DNA of 27,661 nt, taken from contig JANPLU010000109.1 in the NCBI GenBank assembly GCA_031422435.1, positions 1 to 27,661 of the forward strand, given 5' to 3'. The translations under genes and the position numbers were made by a program. Shown here piece after piece: positions 1 to 9,137 of this stretch (the first letter of the stretch is position 1; the number at the start of each line of letters is the position of its first letter). The notes beneath the pieces are model-generated. The model searched no databases. It saw nothing but the letters and a program-made list of their open reading frames with translations, and was not told where the DNA came from. Origin of the DNA: Acaryochloridaceae cyanobacterium VAR_48_metabat_390. Its GTDB lineage: Bacteria; Cyanobacteriota; Cyanobacteriia; Thermosynechococcales; Thermosynechococcaceae.

Positions 1-177
1 GCCGAAGGCGATCGCGCGGGGCTTTACCGCGTGCGCTTTACCCAAGCAAACCGAGGAGGCTCTCCTCAGGTTCGTAAAAGTGTGCAGGAGTACCTGGTTA
101 GCTATAGCCAGCTTTCTCACACCCTACAGCGACTCAATCAGCGCGGTGGACGTATTGTCAGCATCACTGAAGCCTAA
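1..177 (+). CDS. 3' end of a phycobilisome rod linker (CpcC-type, C-terminal CpcD-like domain); partial at window edge
   Basis: Manual translation of frame 1 gives ...GLYRVRFTQANRGGSPQVRKSVQEYLVSYSQLSHTLQRLNQRGGRIVSITEA*, with TAA at 175-177. This matches the linker C-terminal pattern (YLVxYxxLSxxLQxxxxxGGxIxSI). Not in the ORF track. Confidence 0.88.
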   Translation, partial: AEGDRAGLYRVRFTQANRGGSPQVRKSVQEYLVSYSQLSHTLQRLNQRGGRIVSITEA

Positions 178-227
178 ATTAGGCTTTTCATTCACTTTTC
201 ATTCATTTAACTTTAAGGAGATTACCT

Positions 228-1097
228 GTGGCGATTACCACCGCAGCAGCCCGTTTGGGAACCACTGCTTTTGCCTCTGCCAGCCCCGTGGAGCTACGCT
301 CCAACTGGACAGCGGAAGACGCAAAAGGCGTAATTAATGCCGTCTACCGTCAGGTATTGGGCAATGACTATATTTTGCAGAGCGATCGCCTTACGGCCTT
401 AGAATCGCTGCTCTGCAACGGTCAGCTCACCGTGCGCGAGTTTGTGCGCGCCGTTGCCAAATCTGAGCTGTACAAAACCAAGTTTTTGTACCCTCACTTT
501 CATACGCGCGTGATTGAGCTAAACATTAAGCACCTGCTGGGTCGTGCGCCCTACGATGAGTCTGAAGTGGTAGATCACCTAGACCGCTATCAAACCGAAG
601 GGTTTGAAGCGGATGTTGACTCCCATATCGACTCTGCTGAGTACGAAACCAACTTTGGCGACTCCATTGTGCCCTACTACCGAGGGTTCTCAAATCAGCC
701 CGGTCAAAAAACCGTTGGGTTTACGCGGATGTTCCAGCTTTATCGGGGATATGCCAATAGCGATCGCGCCCAGTTGGCTGGCGCAACTTCCCGTCTTGCA
801 GGTGATTTAGGTCGTAACAGCGCCTCACCAGTGGTCGCCCCTTCAGGCGCAAACGGCGGGTTTGCCTACCAGGCTTCTGAGCGCGGCGTGACCCCTAACC
901 GCGTCTTTGGTCGTTCTGCCGTTGGCTCCACCGATCGGCTCTACCGGATTGAGGTTTCTAACCTCAACCTGCCTCGATACCCACGAGCACGACGCATCAA
1001 CAAAGAGTACGTTGTCTCTTACGAGCAGTTGTCCAACACCCTTCAGCAAATCAATAAGCTGGGTGGCAAGGTTGCCAGCGTAACCCTAGCGCAGTAA
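228..1097 (+). CDS. cpcC: Phycocyanin-associated rod linker polypeptide
   Basis: GTG start after AAGGAG; N-terminus [11 protein letters not shown]; linker-domain motifs [28 protein letters not shown] and VPYYRGF; CpcD-like C-terminus. Confidence 0.93.
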   Translation: MAITTAAARLGTTAFASASPVELRSNWTAEDAKGVINAVYRQVLGNDYILQSDRLTALESLLCNGQLTVREFVRAVAKSELYKTKFLYPHFHTRVIELNIKHLLGRAPYDESEVVDHLDRYQTEGFEADVDSHIDSAEYETNFGDSIVPYYRGFSNQPGQKTVGFTRMFQLYRGYANSDRAQLAGATSRLAGDLGRNSASPVVAPSGANGGFAYQASERGVTPNRVFGRSAVGSTDRLYRIEVSNLNLPRYPRARRINKEYVVSYEQLSNTLQQINKLGGKVASVTLAQ

Positions 1098-1117
1098 AAA
1101 ACCCGCTAGAGTCACAG

Positions 1118-1216
1118 GCTCAATCCATCGTGGGTAGGGGTAGGTTTGGTTCATGCGGCATCGGCTAAATCCCAACCGTTCTGATAAAACCTGCCCTTCC
1201 CTGTCCGATGGTGAGC
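1118..1216 (+). repeat. Long imperfect stem-loop (REP-like) between cpcC and cpcD
   Basis: GCTCA..CCATCG..GGGTAGGGGTAGGTTT can pair with AAACCTGCCCTTCCC..CGATGG.TGAGC. Confidence 0.55.
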
Positions 1217-1270
1217 GTCATTTAATCTTTGATCCTTAACTTTGAATGGCCTTAAAGGAGTCGAACTATC

Positions 1271-1546
1271 ATGCTTGGACAATCTACCGCAGCCACATCA
1301 ACTTCATTGGCAAACAGCCGAATCTTTGTCTACGAAGTCACAGGTTTAAGCCAAAACGACCAGACCGATAGAGCGAGCCATGAAGTTCGCAATAGCGGCG
1401 TAACGCTGATGCAAGTGCCTTATGGCCGTATGAATAGCGAAATGCGCCGGATTACGCGATTAGGGGGAGAAATTGTCAATATTTACCCCATAAATCAGCC
1501 TCCTAACAAGGCTGAAGCACCGGCAGAGCCTTCAGAAAAAGCCTAA
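1271..1546 (+). CDS. cpcD: Rod-capping linker CpcD
   Basis: AAGGAG RBS; MLGQS...SRIFVYEVTGL...VPYGRMNSEMRRITRLGGEIVNI is the typical CpcD pattern; lies directly after cpcC. Confidence 0.92.
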   Translation: MLGQSTAATSTSLANSRIFVYEVTGLSQNDQTDRASHEVRNSGVTLMQVPYGRMNSEMRRITRLGGEIVNIYPINQPPNKAEAPAEPSEKA

Positions 1547-4278
1547 CGCTCAATACGAATGACGTGATCGGTGACGGCCTCGAAAGTGTCGTCATGGCTA
1601 ATCACAATAAGCTGGCGGAATGCCTTTAGGTTGCTGATAGCATCGGCAAGCTGACGGCGGCGCTGCTGATCCATATTAGTGGTTGGCTCGTCGAAGAACG
1701 CAATGTTGATATCCGCCAGCACCCGCAGCAGCGCTAGCCTTACCGCTAGCGCTGCACACATTTGTTCGCCCCCAGATAGGCTTTTGAAACTGCGCCAGTA
1801 GCCTCGTTCGCGCACTCGAATGTCATAGTCTTCTGTCCACTCTAGGGTGACTTCATCTCGGTTGAGCAGTTCCCGAAAGAGCTTATCGGCTTCTTTAGAA
1901 ACCTCTGCTAGGTAGTATTTGGTAATGCGCGGCCCGCTTTGGTTATAGATATGCCGCGCGTCTGCAATAAACTGAAGGGTTGCCTGCCGCTGGGCTAGCA
2001 GGAGCAAATCCCGTTCTCGCTGCTCGGATAATGCCTGTCGGTCTTGAAGGCGCTGGGTGAGGTCTTGGAGCTGCGATCGCTGGGGGGCAAGGCCACCCTG
2101 AAGCTGATTTTGCTGCTGTTTGAGCTGCTCTAAATGCGCTTTAAGCTGAAGATGCTGCTGAGAATCGTAGGACTGCTGCACTTGCTGAAGCTGGGTCTGA
2201 AGCTGCTGCATTTGCGCCTGAAGGGTAGATAAAGCCGCGATCGCATCTGTTCTCTGAGGCGTTAATTCTTTAAACTTATTGGCTTCTTCACGATGGCGCA
2301 GGTAAAGCTGGTGATCGGCCTGATGGGTTTGAATGAGCGTCTGCTGGACTTCAATCTGCGGGTCGAGTTCTGCAAAGACAGCAATGCTCGTTTCAATGAT
2401 CGCCATTTCCTGCTGAAGTGGCGCAAGACGGCTTTGAAGCTGCATGAGGTTTTGCTGAAGTTGAGCTTCTTGCTTAAGCTGCTGCGTGAGAAGTCGGAGG
2501 TTGGCTTTGGGGTCATGGAGCTGCTGTAGCTCAGATTGAAGGTCAGCAACCTGAGACTGAAGGGGTACTGTTTGGGCAAGGATGCGATCGCACTCGTCTT
2601 TCTGCTGCCCTAGTTTTGAAATCTCTTGCTGAGTTTCTGTGAGCTGCTGCTGTTTAAGCGGTAAGACGGCAACCTGCTGCTGCTGGCGCTGGGCAACCTG
2701 AAGGGCTTCGGTGAGATCGCGCAATTTGTTTTGTAGGGTTGATGCAGCGGTTTGGTCGGTGAATGGCTGAAGAAGAGTTTGAAGCGATCGCAGTACCTTG
2801 GTATTGAGGGTAACGCCGGACTCAATCACCTGCTGTACAAACGCTAAATCAGGATGGTTTGGGATGGCCTGATTTAACAGCATTTTTGCCGCTGATGCCT
2901 GCTGTTGATGGCGTTGACCTGCCCCTTGAGCGGAACCGAGCAATGACTGTAACGATTCGGCAAACGCCTGACCTGCCTGAAGGTTGCTGAGTTGGGTCTG
3001 AATTTGCAGCCGCTCTTGCTCTAGCTGAGGTAACGCTGTAGCCTGCACCGCGAGCTGCTGGAGCGATTCAATATCAGAGTGCAGCTGCGCTAACTGTGCC
3101 TGTCGCTGTAGCTGCTGTGCCTGAAGCGCCTGCCGCTGAAGCTTAATAGACTCCAAGCCTTGAAGGGTGTCAATGGCCTGTTTAAGTTGGGTTTCTAGTG
3201 CTTCCTGCTGCGGCACTAAAGCCTGCCACTGCGCTAAATCTTGGCGCAGTCTTGTAAAGGTGGCTAACTGCCCTTGGAGTTGCGAGATTGCACCTTCGCG
3301 ATCGCCCAGTTGTAGCCGCAGGCTCTCTCGCTGCTTTAAGGCAACCTGCTGCTGACGGCGCTGCTCGGCAAGCTGCTGAAGGGTTTCTTGAGCGCTTTGG
3401 TAAATCTGATAGCTTTCTCGTCGCACCCGACAAATTTCGACGGCCTGTTGAGCGCTCACCCAGGCCGCTTCCAAAATTTTGAGCGCTTCGGTTTTGCTGG
3501 CAAGCTGAAGCTCAATTTGACGCACCTGTACTTCTAGCGCCTGTACCTGCTCTGCTGCTGCGGTGAGCTGATTGACCTCAAGCTGGAGCTGCTCAATCTG
3601 TTGGGTGAGCTGCTCAATTTGAGTTTGGTGCTGGGCGATCACCCCCCTTAGCGCCTCAGCCTGCTGCTGAAGCTCGCCCCAGTCGGCTAACTGCTGCTCG
3701 GCGTAAATGAGCTGCTGATTTAGGGTGCTGACCTGCGCTTTGCCATAGGTCTCTAGATCGCGGAGCTGCTCGTAGGTTTGCTTATACTCTTCAACCTTAA
3801 GAATGGGGTCAAAAATTTTCTTGCGGTCATTGGGACGCTTCAGAAAGTCTGCTGTAAAGGTACCCTGGGGGATGCCAATGGTTTCGGCAAACAGACGCGC
3901 TAAGTCAGTGAGTGGCGGCACCCCCAGATGCTCTCGCAGCCAAGCCTGGACATCTTCTAACTTCCGCATCCCTAAATTAACTTTGAGCTGTGGGTCGTGT
4001 AGCTCATACCCACGGCTGGTGCAGCGCCGTGCTTCGTAGACGCGCTCATCTAGGTGCGAGATAAAGCAGACCGTCACCTGAGTGCTTTTGGCTCCGGTAC
4101 GAATCAGTTCGCCCCGCGTGTAGTCGCTGTGGTCGAATAAAACCCAGGCGATCGCCTCTAAAATGCTGGTTTTGCCTGCGCCATTCTCACCGCAAATTGC
4201 GTTGGTTCCGGGCAAAAACGCGTAGTGGCAGTCTGAGTGGATCTTAAAATTTTTGAGCGTAACTGAACAAATTTCCAT
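1543..4278 (-). CDS. sbcC: SbcC/Rad50-like SMC-family ATPase
   Basis: LKNFK start, Walker A GENGAGKTS, Q-loop IPQG, long Q/L-rich coiled coil, signature LSGGEQ, Walker B FFDEPT, H-loop ISHD. Confidence 0.85.
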   Translation of the reverse strand: MEICSVTLKNFKIHSDCHYAFLPGTNAICGENGAGKTSILEAIAWVLFDHSDYTRGELIRTGAKSTQVTVCFISHLDERVYEARRCTSRGYELHDPQLKVNLGMRKLEDVQAWLREHLGVPPLTDLARLFAETIGIPQGTFTADFLKRPNDRKKIFDPILKVEEYKQTYEQLRDLETYGKAQVSTLNQQLIYAEQQLADWGELQQQAEALRGVIAQHQTQIEQLTQQIEQLQLEVNQLTAAAEQVQALEVQVRQIELQLASKTEALKILEAAWVSAQQAVEICRVRRESYQIYQSAQETLQQLAEQRRQQQVALKQRESLRLQLGDREGAISQLQGQLATFTRLRQDLAQWQALVPQQEALETQLKQAIDTLQGLESIKLQRQALQAQQLQRQAQLAQLHSDIESLQQLAVQATALPQLEQERLQIQTQLSNLQAGQAFAESLQSLLGSAQGAGQRHQQQASAAKMLLNQAIPNHPDLAFVQQVIESGVTLNTKVLRSLQTLLQPFTDQTAASTLQNKLRDLTEALQVAQRQQQQVAVLPLKQQQLTETQQEISKLGQQKDECDRILAQTVPLQSQVADLQSELQQLHDPKANLRLLTQQLKQEAQLQQNLMQLQSRLAPLQQEMAIIETSIAVFAELDPQIEVQQTLIQTHQADHQLYLRHREEANKFKELTPQRTDAIAALSTLQAQMQQLQTQLQQVQQSYDSQQHLQLKAHLEQLKQQQNQLQGGLAPQRSQLQDLTQRLQDRQALSEQRERDLLLLAQRQATLQFIADARHIYNQSGPRITKYYLAEVSKEADKLFRELLNRDEVTLEWTEDYDIRVRERGYWRSFKSLSGGEQMCAALAVRLALLRVLADINIAFFDEPTTNMDQQRRRQLADAISNLKAFRQLIVISHDDTFEAVTDHVIRIER

Positions 4279-4305
4279 GCCGCAGGACAGCCTAACGCGT
4301 TAAAT

Positions 4306-4349
4306 GCCCCATCACCATTGGAGCAATTATGCTCCAATGGTGATGGGGC
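4306..4349. repeat. Perfect 20-bp inverted repeat with 4-nt loop (possible terminator or cruciform)
   Basis: GCCCCATCACCATTGGAGCA-ATTA-TGCTCCAATGGTGATGGGGC; the arms are exact reverse complements. Confidence 0.9.
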
Positions 4350-4458
4350 GTCATTCCTGAGATTAGGGTTTCAAAGGTTTCACTGAAATAGACATCGCAC
4401 TTAAGAAAACGCTAGATAGTCTGCTCACCATAGGACTGCGTTTCATAACAGGTAGGGA

Positions 4459-4485
4459 GTGTGATTGCTGTGACAGCAATCACAC
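4459..4485. repeat. 13-1-13 perfect palindrome
   Basis: GTGTGATTGCTGT-G-ACAGCAATCACAC. Confidence 0.85.
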
Positions 4486-4540
4486 GAGCGGGAGAACAGA
4501 CCCATAGCAAAACTGGATAGTGAAGGGCGTTTTTGCGGAA

Positions 4541-4581
4541 GGTCTATAAAAATTCTCCGTAATGGGGGATGTTTATAGACC
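4541..4581. terminator. Stem-loop just downstream of pnp (possible terminator or 3' stabiliser)
   Basis: Outer arms GGTCTATAAA...TTTATAGACC, 18 nt after the pnp stop; no clear U-tract on the minus strand. Confidence 0.45.
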
Positions 4582-4599
4582 AGAGAAGAAGCTCCCGTT

Positions 4600-6750
4600 T
4601 TACTCGGCTGCGCTGCCTGCACGGGCGGCGGCGGCTTCGTCGGGGTGGATGCCAAGGCGCGTTAGGTTAATGCGTCCGCGCCCATCAATCTCACGGATTT
4701 TGACGACCACTTCATCGCCCACATTCACTTCATCCTCTACCTTGCCAACGCGGTAGTCTGCAAGCTGTGAGATGTGAATCATCCCTTCCTTACCCGCCAT
4801 GATTTCCACAAAGGCACCGATAGGGATCACCCGCGTCACCTTACCCAGGTAAACATCACCTGCATTTAGCCGTCGCGTCATGCCTAAGATCATGTTTTTA
4901 GCGCGGGTTGCCTTTTCTTCATCAATAGACGAAATGGTCACAAGACCACTGTCTTCGATGTCGATTTTGGCTCCGGTTTGCTCGGTGATGCCTTTGATGG
5001 TTTTACCGCCTGGTCCAATTACCAAACCAATTTGGTCTGGGTCAATGCGGATGGTCAGCAGCCGTGGGGCGTAGGGCGACATGGTTTCACGGGGTTCAGC
5101 GATCGCCTCCAGCATCTTGCCCAAAATGTGGATCCGCGCAGGCTTGGCCTGGTGGATGGCCTTGGCGATCGTCTCTAGGGGCAGACCGTGAATTTTCATA
5201 TCCATTTGCAGTGCGGTAATGCCCGTATCGGTTCCGGCAACCTTAAAGTCCATATCGCCGAGAAAGTCTTCGATGCCCTGGATATCTGTCAGAATCCGAA
5301 TCTCTTCGCCTTCTTTGATCAGCCCCATTGCCGCACCGCTCACAGGCTTGGTCAGGGGAACCCCAGCATCCATCAGAGAAAGGGTAGAGCCACACACAGA
5401 ACCCATCGAGGTAGAGCCGTTAGAAGACAGCACCTCAGACACCACGCGGATGACGTAGGGGAAATCCTCTTTGGTAGGCAGGACGGGCACAATGGCGCGT
5501 TCCGCTAAGGCACCGTGCCCCACTTCTCGACGACCGGGCGATCGCATGGGTCGGGTTTCGCCCACAGAGAACGGCGGGAAGTTGTAGTGGTGCAGGTAGC
5601 GTTTTTTCTCATCAGGGTGCAGATCATCCATGTCTTGCGCATCGCCAGGGGTACCTAAGGTTGCCAAAGACAGCACCTGCGTTAATCCACGGTTAAACAA
5701 GCCGCTGCCGTGGACGCGCCGAGGCAGTACGCCAACGCTGCAATTAATAGGGCGCACTTCATCAAGCGTGCGACCATCTACCCGCACGCCTTGCTCAATA
5801 ATTTGGCGACGCATGAGCGTCTTGGTAATGCCTTTGAAGATTTTGCCCACGGCCTTAGAATTACTCGCAGCGGCAGCTTTCACTGCATCCCCCTCGGGCA
5901 GCTCTGCAATGGTTTGAGAGAGACTTGCCTTCACCGCGTCGAGGGCTGCATCTCGCACAACTTTGTCTTTTTCGAGTCGCGCCACCACTTCTTGAACTTG
6001 AGCCGTCACGTGATCGCCAATAAAGTTCTCAAGGGTTGCGTCTTCTTGAGGGCGCTGTGGCATTTCAACCTGTAGCCCTAGCTCTTCGACCAGCTCTTGC
6101 TGTGCCTTAATGAGATCCATCACGACCTCATAGCCAAACTCAATGGCCTCAATGATGTCTTCTTCAGAAACCTGGCTGGCTCCTGCTTCAATCATCACAA
6201 TGCCTTCGGGGGAACCCGCAATCACCAAGTCCAGTTCACCTGCTTCAATCTCGGCATAGGTTGGGTTAATGATAAAGTCATCACCCACTAAACCAACGCG
6301 CACCGCCGCCATCGGCCCATAAAACGGAATCTTTGCCAGCAGCACCGCTAAAGATGCGCCAGTTACCGCCAATACATCGGGCGGAACATTGTCGTCCATT
6401 GACAGGGTGGTTGCAACCACCTGGATATCGTCGCGCATCCAGTCTGGGAATAGGGGGCGCAGCGGACGATCAATCAGGCGACAAATCAGCGTTGCCTTCT
6501 CTGGCGGACGCCCTTCTCGACGAAGAAACCCTCCTGGAATTCGGCCTGCGGCGTAAAGACGCTCTTCGTAATCGACTAGCAATGGCAAGAAATCAATGCC
6601 TTCTCTGCCGCCTGAGCGTGTTGCCGTCACTAAAACAGACGTATCACCCGACTCAACTAAGACGCTTCCTCCAGCCTGGGGCGCAAAACGACCAATCGTG
6701 AGCCGAATATCCCGTCCATCAAAGGATATTGACTTAATAATTTCTGACAT
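4600..6750 (-). CDS. pnp: Polyribonucleotide nucleotidyltransferase (PNPase)
   Basis: [62 protein letters not shown], followed by KH ([11 protein letters not shown]) and S1 domains. Confidence 0.98.
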   Translation of the reverse strand: MSEIIKSISFDGRDIRLTIGRFAPQAGGSVLVESGDTSVLVTATRSGGREGIDFLPLLVDYEERLYAAGRIPGGFLRREGRPPEKATLICRLIDRPLRPLFPDWMRDDIQVVATTLSMDDNVPPDVLAVTGASLAVLLAKIPFYGPMAAVRVGLVGDDFIINPTYAEIEAGELDLVIAGSPEGIVMIEAGASQVSEEDIIEAIEFGYEVVMDLIKAQQELVEELGLQVEMPQRPQEDATLENFIGDHVTAQVQEVVARLEKDKVVRDAALDAVKASLSQTIAELPEGDAVKAAAASNSKAVGKIFKGITKTLMRRQIIEQGVRVDGRTLDEVRPINCSVGVLPRRVHGSGLFNRGLTQVLSLATLGTPGDAQDMDDLHPDEKKRYLHHYNFPPFSVGETRPMRSPGRREVGHGALAERAIVPVLPTKEDFPYVIRVVSEVLSSNGSTSMGSVCGSTLSLMDAGVPLTKPVSGAAMGLIKEGEEIRILTDIQGIEDFLGDMDFKVAGTDTGITALQMDMKIHGLPLETIAKAIHQAKPARIHILGKMLEAIAEPRETMSPYAPRLLTIRIDPDQIGLVIGPGGKTIKGITEQTGAKIDIEDSGLVTISSIDEEKATRAKNMILGMTRRLNAGDVYLGKVTRVIPIGAFVEIMAGKEGMIHISQLADYRVGKVEDEVNVGDEVVVKIREIDGRGRINLTRLGIHPDEAAAARAGSAAE

Positions 6751-6904
6751 TCAGGTTTCTTTTTCCTCTTTTTCCTGTGGCGATCCTAACATTAGTTGAT
6801 AGACCTATGGCAGCAAACCCTAGCTAGGAGTGATCTGTCGCTGCACTGCAGCCTGGATGGCCTGGGTGCAATGCACATGTCTGAGCTTATGAGAAATGGC
6901 GTCG

Positions 6905-6939
6905 ATACATGTTGTCTCAGTGCCTGGGACAACATGTAT
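6905..6939. repeat. 16-bp inverted repeat upstream of pnp
   Basis: ATACATGTTGTCTCAG-TGC-CTGGGACAACATGTAT, with one non-Watson-Crick position. Confidence 0.8.
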
Positions 6940-7248
6940 AGGTCTTCAGCAATATCCTGGTTGGTTTTGTCAGCGGTCAGCAATCGAGCAAATGTATGAG
7001 CTTTTTTATATTGCCGGCTGTAAGCCTCCAATTCGTACTCGTGAGATGCAGATTCCCTGTGACGTTCCGGACTAGGCAATCGTCTTATTCGGCCATTTTT
7101 ACCTGAAATCTAAGAATTATGACGCTGCAGTCATAGATTTTGATGCCTTGGTTACACAATTTATCAGCGGAGCCACAACTTCTACCGCCCTTGAGCAAAG
7201 AATTTCTTCCTAAAGGAGTGAGACTTTAATCCGTATAGTTCGGCATTA

Positions 7249-8634
7249 TTAGGGGTCAGGTTTTAAGTTGGAGGTAGGCACAAAGTAGCTGGTGATAACT
7301 GCCACCATCAGCCACCACAAGGTAAACACCTGAGGGCGGTACCACACCGTATCTACGGTACCGTGAGCTAAGAGACCGCCTATCCCCGACAGGGCAGCAA
7401 TCAGCCAAAACCCCTGAACCAAGCGCTCCTTTCTCATTCGCTGAATCTGCACCCATCCCTGCTGAAACACCGTCACAATGAGGGCAATAAAGCAGGTAAA
7501 GCCAACAATACCAAATTCAACCAGATGCTCTAGATAAATAGAGTAGGCGCTGAGTGCGCTAAATTTGGGTCGTTGGTAGAGGGGATAAATCTTGTTAAAG
7601 GTGTCGTGACCAGGGCCAATCCCCGTCAAAGGGCGAGCGCGAATCATCTCCTTAACCGCCTCCCAAACATTGATGCGAAAATTGTTGCTGCTGTCTTTGC
7701 GGCTGGCAAAAATACTGAGGACGCGATCGCGCAAGGGCGGAACAGCGATGACCGCCACCAGTAATATCGCCCCACCACCACCGATCAAAATAGGAAACGA
7801 CCACCTCCGCCAAAAGGTCGGGAGCTGCGGCAAAACCCAATACAGCAGCAGCAGCGCAGAGATGGCAAGGGACAGCACCAGTGCAATCCATCCACCTCTA
7901 CTAAAGGTCAAGACAATACAGACCGAATTGGCAACAAACATCACCGCCGCCAGCAGCTTTGGTCCCCAATGCGGCCAAACAAAAATAGCAGATAGGCTAA
8001 AAGGTACGGCAGGAATAAGATAGGCTGCCGCTAAGTTAGGGTTGCCCAGGTAGCTATAGACCCGCGTCGTATTGGCTAAAGATGATTCTTGATCGACCCA
8101 GGTGGCAAGGGGTGGTGCGCCAAAAAACCACTGCGAGAACCCGAACAGCGTCACAATGAATGCTGCAAATAAATACGCCGTAATTATCCAGGTGCGCCAT
8201 TGGGGCGATCGCAATGTTCGCTCTATTAGCGCAAAGACAATGAGATAGAGCGTAAGTTCTACTAGTCCACCAAACGCCTCCCGCCTAACGGGGGATAAAA
8301 TGGTGGTAACACCGGCCCACACCCAATACAGCGTCAGTACCGCATACACAGGCGAAATCTTTTTCGGCTGGGGCGCATCTTCTGAAAGGGTAAGCAAAAA
8401 CCAGACCCCAGCACAGGCAATTTGCAGCAGGCCAATTTGCGTAGTAGAGACAAAAGGGGCAACCGCAAACAGCACCATTAGCAAACAAACCGATAGTTCA
8501 GTGCCCCACTGCATCAAAGCGCTGTACTGCCGCCAATGCCTAAACGGGTTAAATGCTTTCCAAAGCAAACTATGACGTACCCACTCCGTAGCAGACTGTT
8601 GGGCGTAGGCTAATTTTTGCAAAACTAAACTCAT
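7249..8634 (-). CDS. ictB: IctB family membrane protein (putative bicarbonate transporter; O-antigen ligase-like)
   Basis: LATWVD..S, TRVYSYLGNPNL, LTFSRGGW, DSSNNFRINVW, GIGPG..FNKIYPLYQRP, DTVWYRPQV. Start placed at the ATG of MSLVLQ (8634) rather than 8697. Confidence 0.92.
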   Translation of the reverse strand: MSLVLQKLAYAQQSATEWVRHSLLWKAFNPFRHWRQYSALMQWGTELSVCLLMVLFAVAPFVSTTQIGLLQIACAGVWFLLTLSEDAPQPKKISPVYAVLTLYWVWAGVTTILSPVRREAFGGLVELTLYLIVFALIERTLRSPQWRTWIITAYLFAAFIVTLFGFSQWFFGAPPLATWVDQESSLANTTRVYSYLGNPNLAAAYLIPAVPFSLSAIFVWPHWGPKLLAAVMFVANSVCIVLTFSRGGWIALVLSLAISALLLLYWVLPQLPTFWRRWSFPILIGGGGAILLVAVIAVPPLRDRVLSIFASRKDSSNNFRINVWEAVKEMIRARPLTGIGPGHDTFNKIYPLYQRPKFSALSAYSIYLEHLVEFGIVGFTCFIALIVTVFQQGWVQIQRMRKERLVQGFWLIAALSGIGGLLAHGTVDTVWYRPQVFTLWWLMVAVITSYFVPTSNLKPDP

Positions 8635-8855
8635 AACGTTCTCTGAGCAGCAAGGACGGTTTGAACTGTAGCTATTATGCTTAATTCTGATCTCCATTGC
8701 GTAAAAACTGATCGCTCAAAAGAGCAGACAAAACAGGTACAGACAAAACCTATAGGATTCTGTAGGATGGGTTCCTAACCTTAATTTACAAGTAGGCTGG
8801 TCGTAAACGGTAGGCAAAGCCTACTAACTGTATTGACTTAGAGGGTCTCGGCAAC

Positions 8856-9113
8856 ATGTCTGAAAAACAAAACTTTCTGTTCCCCCACAGTCAATATCGT
8901 GGCCCTGTTAAACCAGAGAACTTGGTGTTCAACGCAAACCTACAGGAATTTGCTCAACGGATCAGCTACATTACAAGCCTAGAGACAAATGGCAAAATTA
9001 GCGCCGAAGAGTCATACCGTCAAATCAAAGTACTTTGGAAAGAATTGAAACAGTCTAAAAAAGCGCTTCAGATTGGTGAAGACCCTTTTGATGCTCAAGA
9101 AGGCTCAGTTTAG
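8856..9113 (+). CDS. Small conserved cyanobacterial protein of unknown function
   Basis: FLFPHSQYRG.VKPENLVFNANLQEFAQRISYI..LETNGK...Y..IK.LWK.LK.SK is a widely conserved cyanobacterial sequence; GAGGG upstream. Confidence 0.85.
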   Translation: MSEKQNFLFPHSQYRGPVKPENLVFNANLQEFAQRISYITSLETNGKISAEESYRQIKVLWKELKQSKKALQIGEDPFDAQEGSV

Positions 9114-9137
9114 ACCTTGGCCTTAGCGATAGGTTCC

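Noticed and set aside
2000..3750. CTG/CAG-rich quasi-repeats and several overlapping ORFs in sbcC
   Set aside because: A consequence of Gln/Leu-rich coiled-coil codons.
4450..4490. Yfr1 sRNA
   Set aside because: The required ACTCCTCACAC motif is absent; only a superficially similar CACACTCCC is present on the minus strand.
4562..6701. Multiple + strand ORFs inside pnp
   Set aside because: Antisense shadows of a conserved, codon-biased gene.
6792..7079. 95-aa minus-strand ORF upstream of pnp
   Set aside because: TTG start, no RBS, no recognisable motif, and it runs through a long hairpin. More likely leader sequence, though not excluded.
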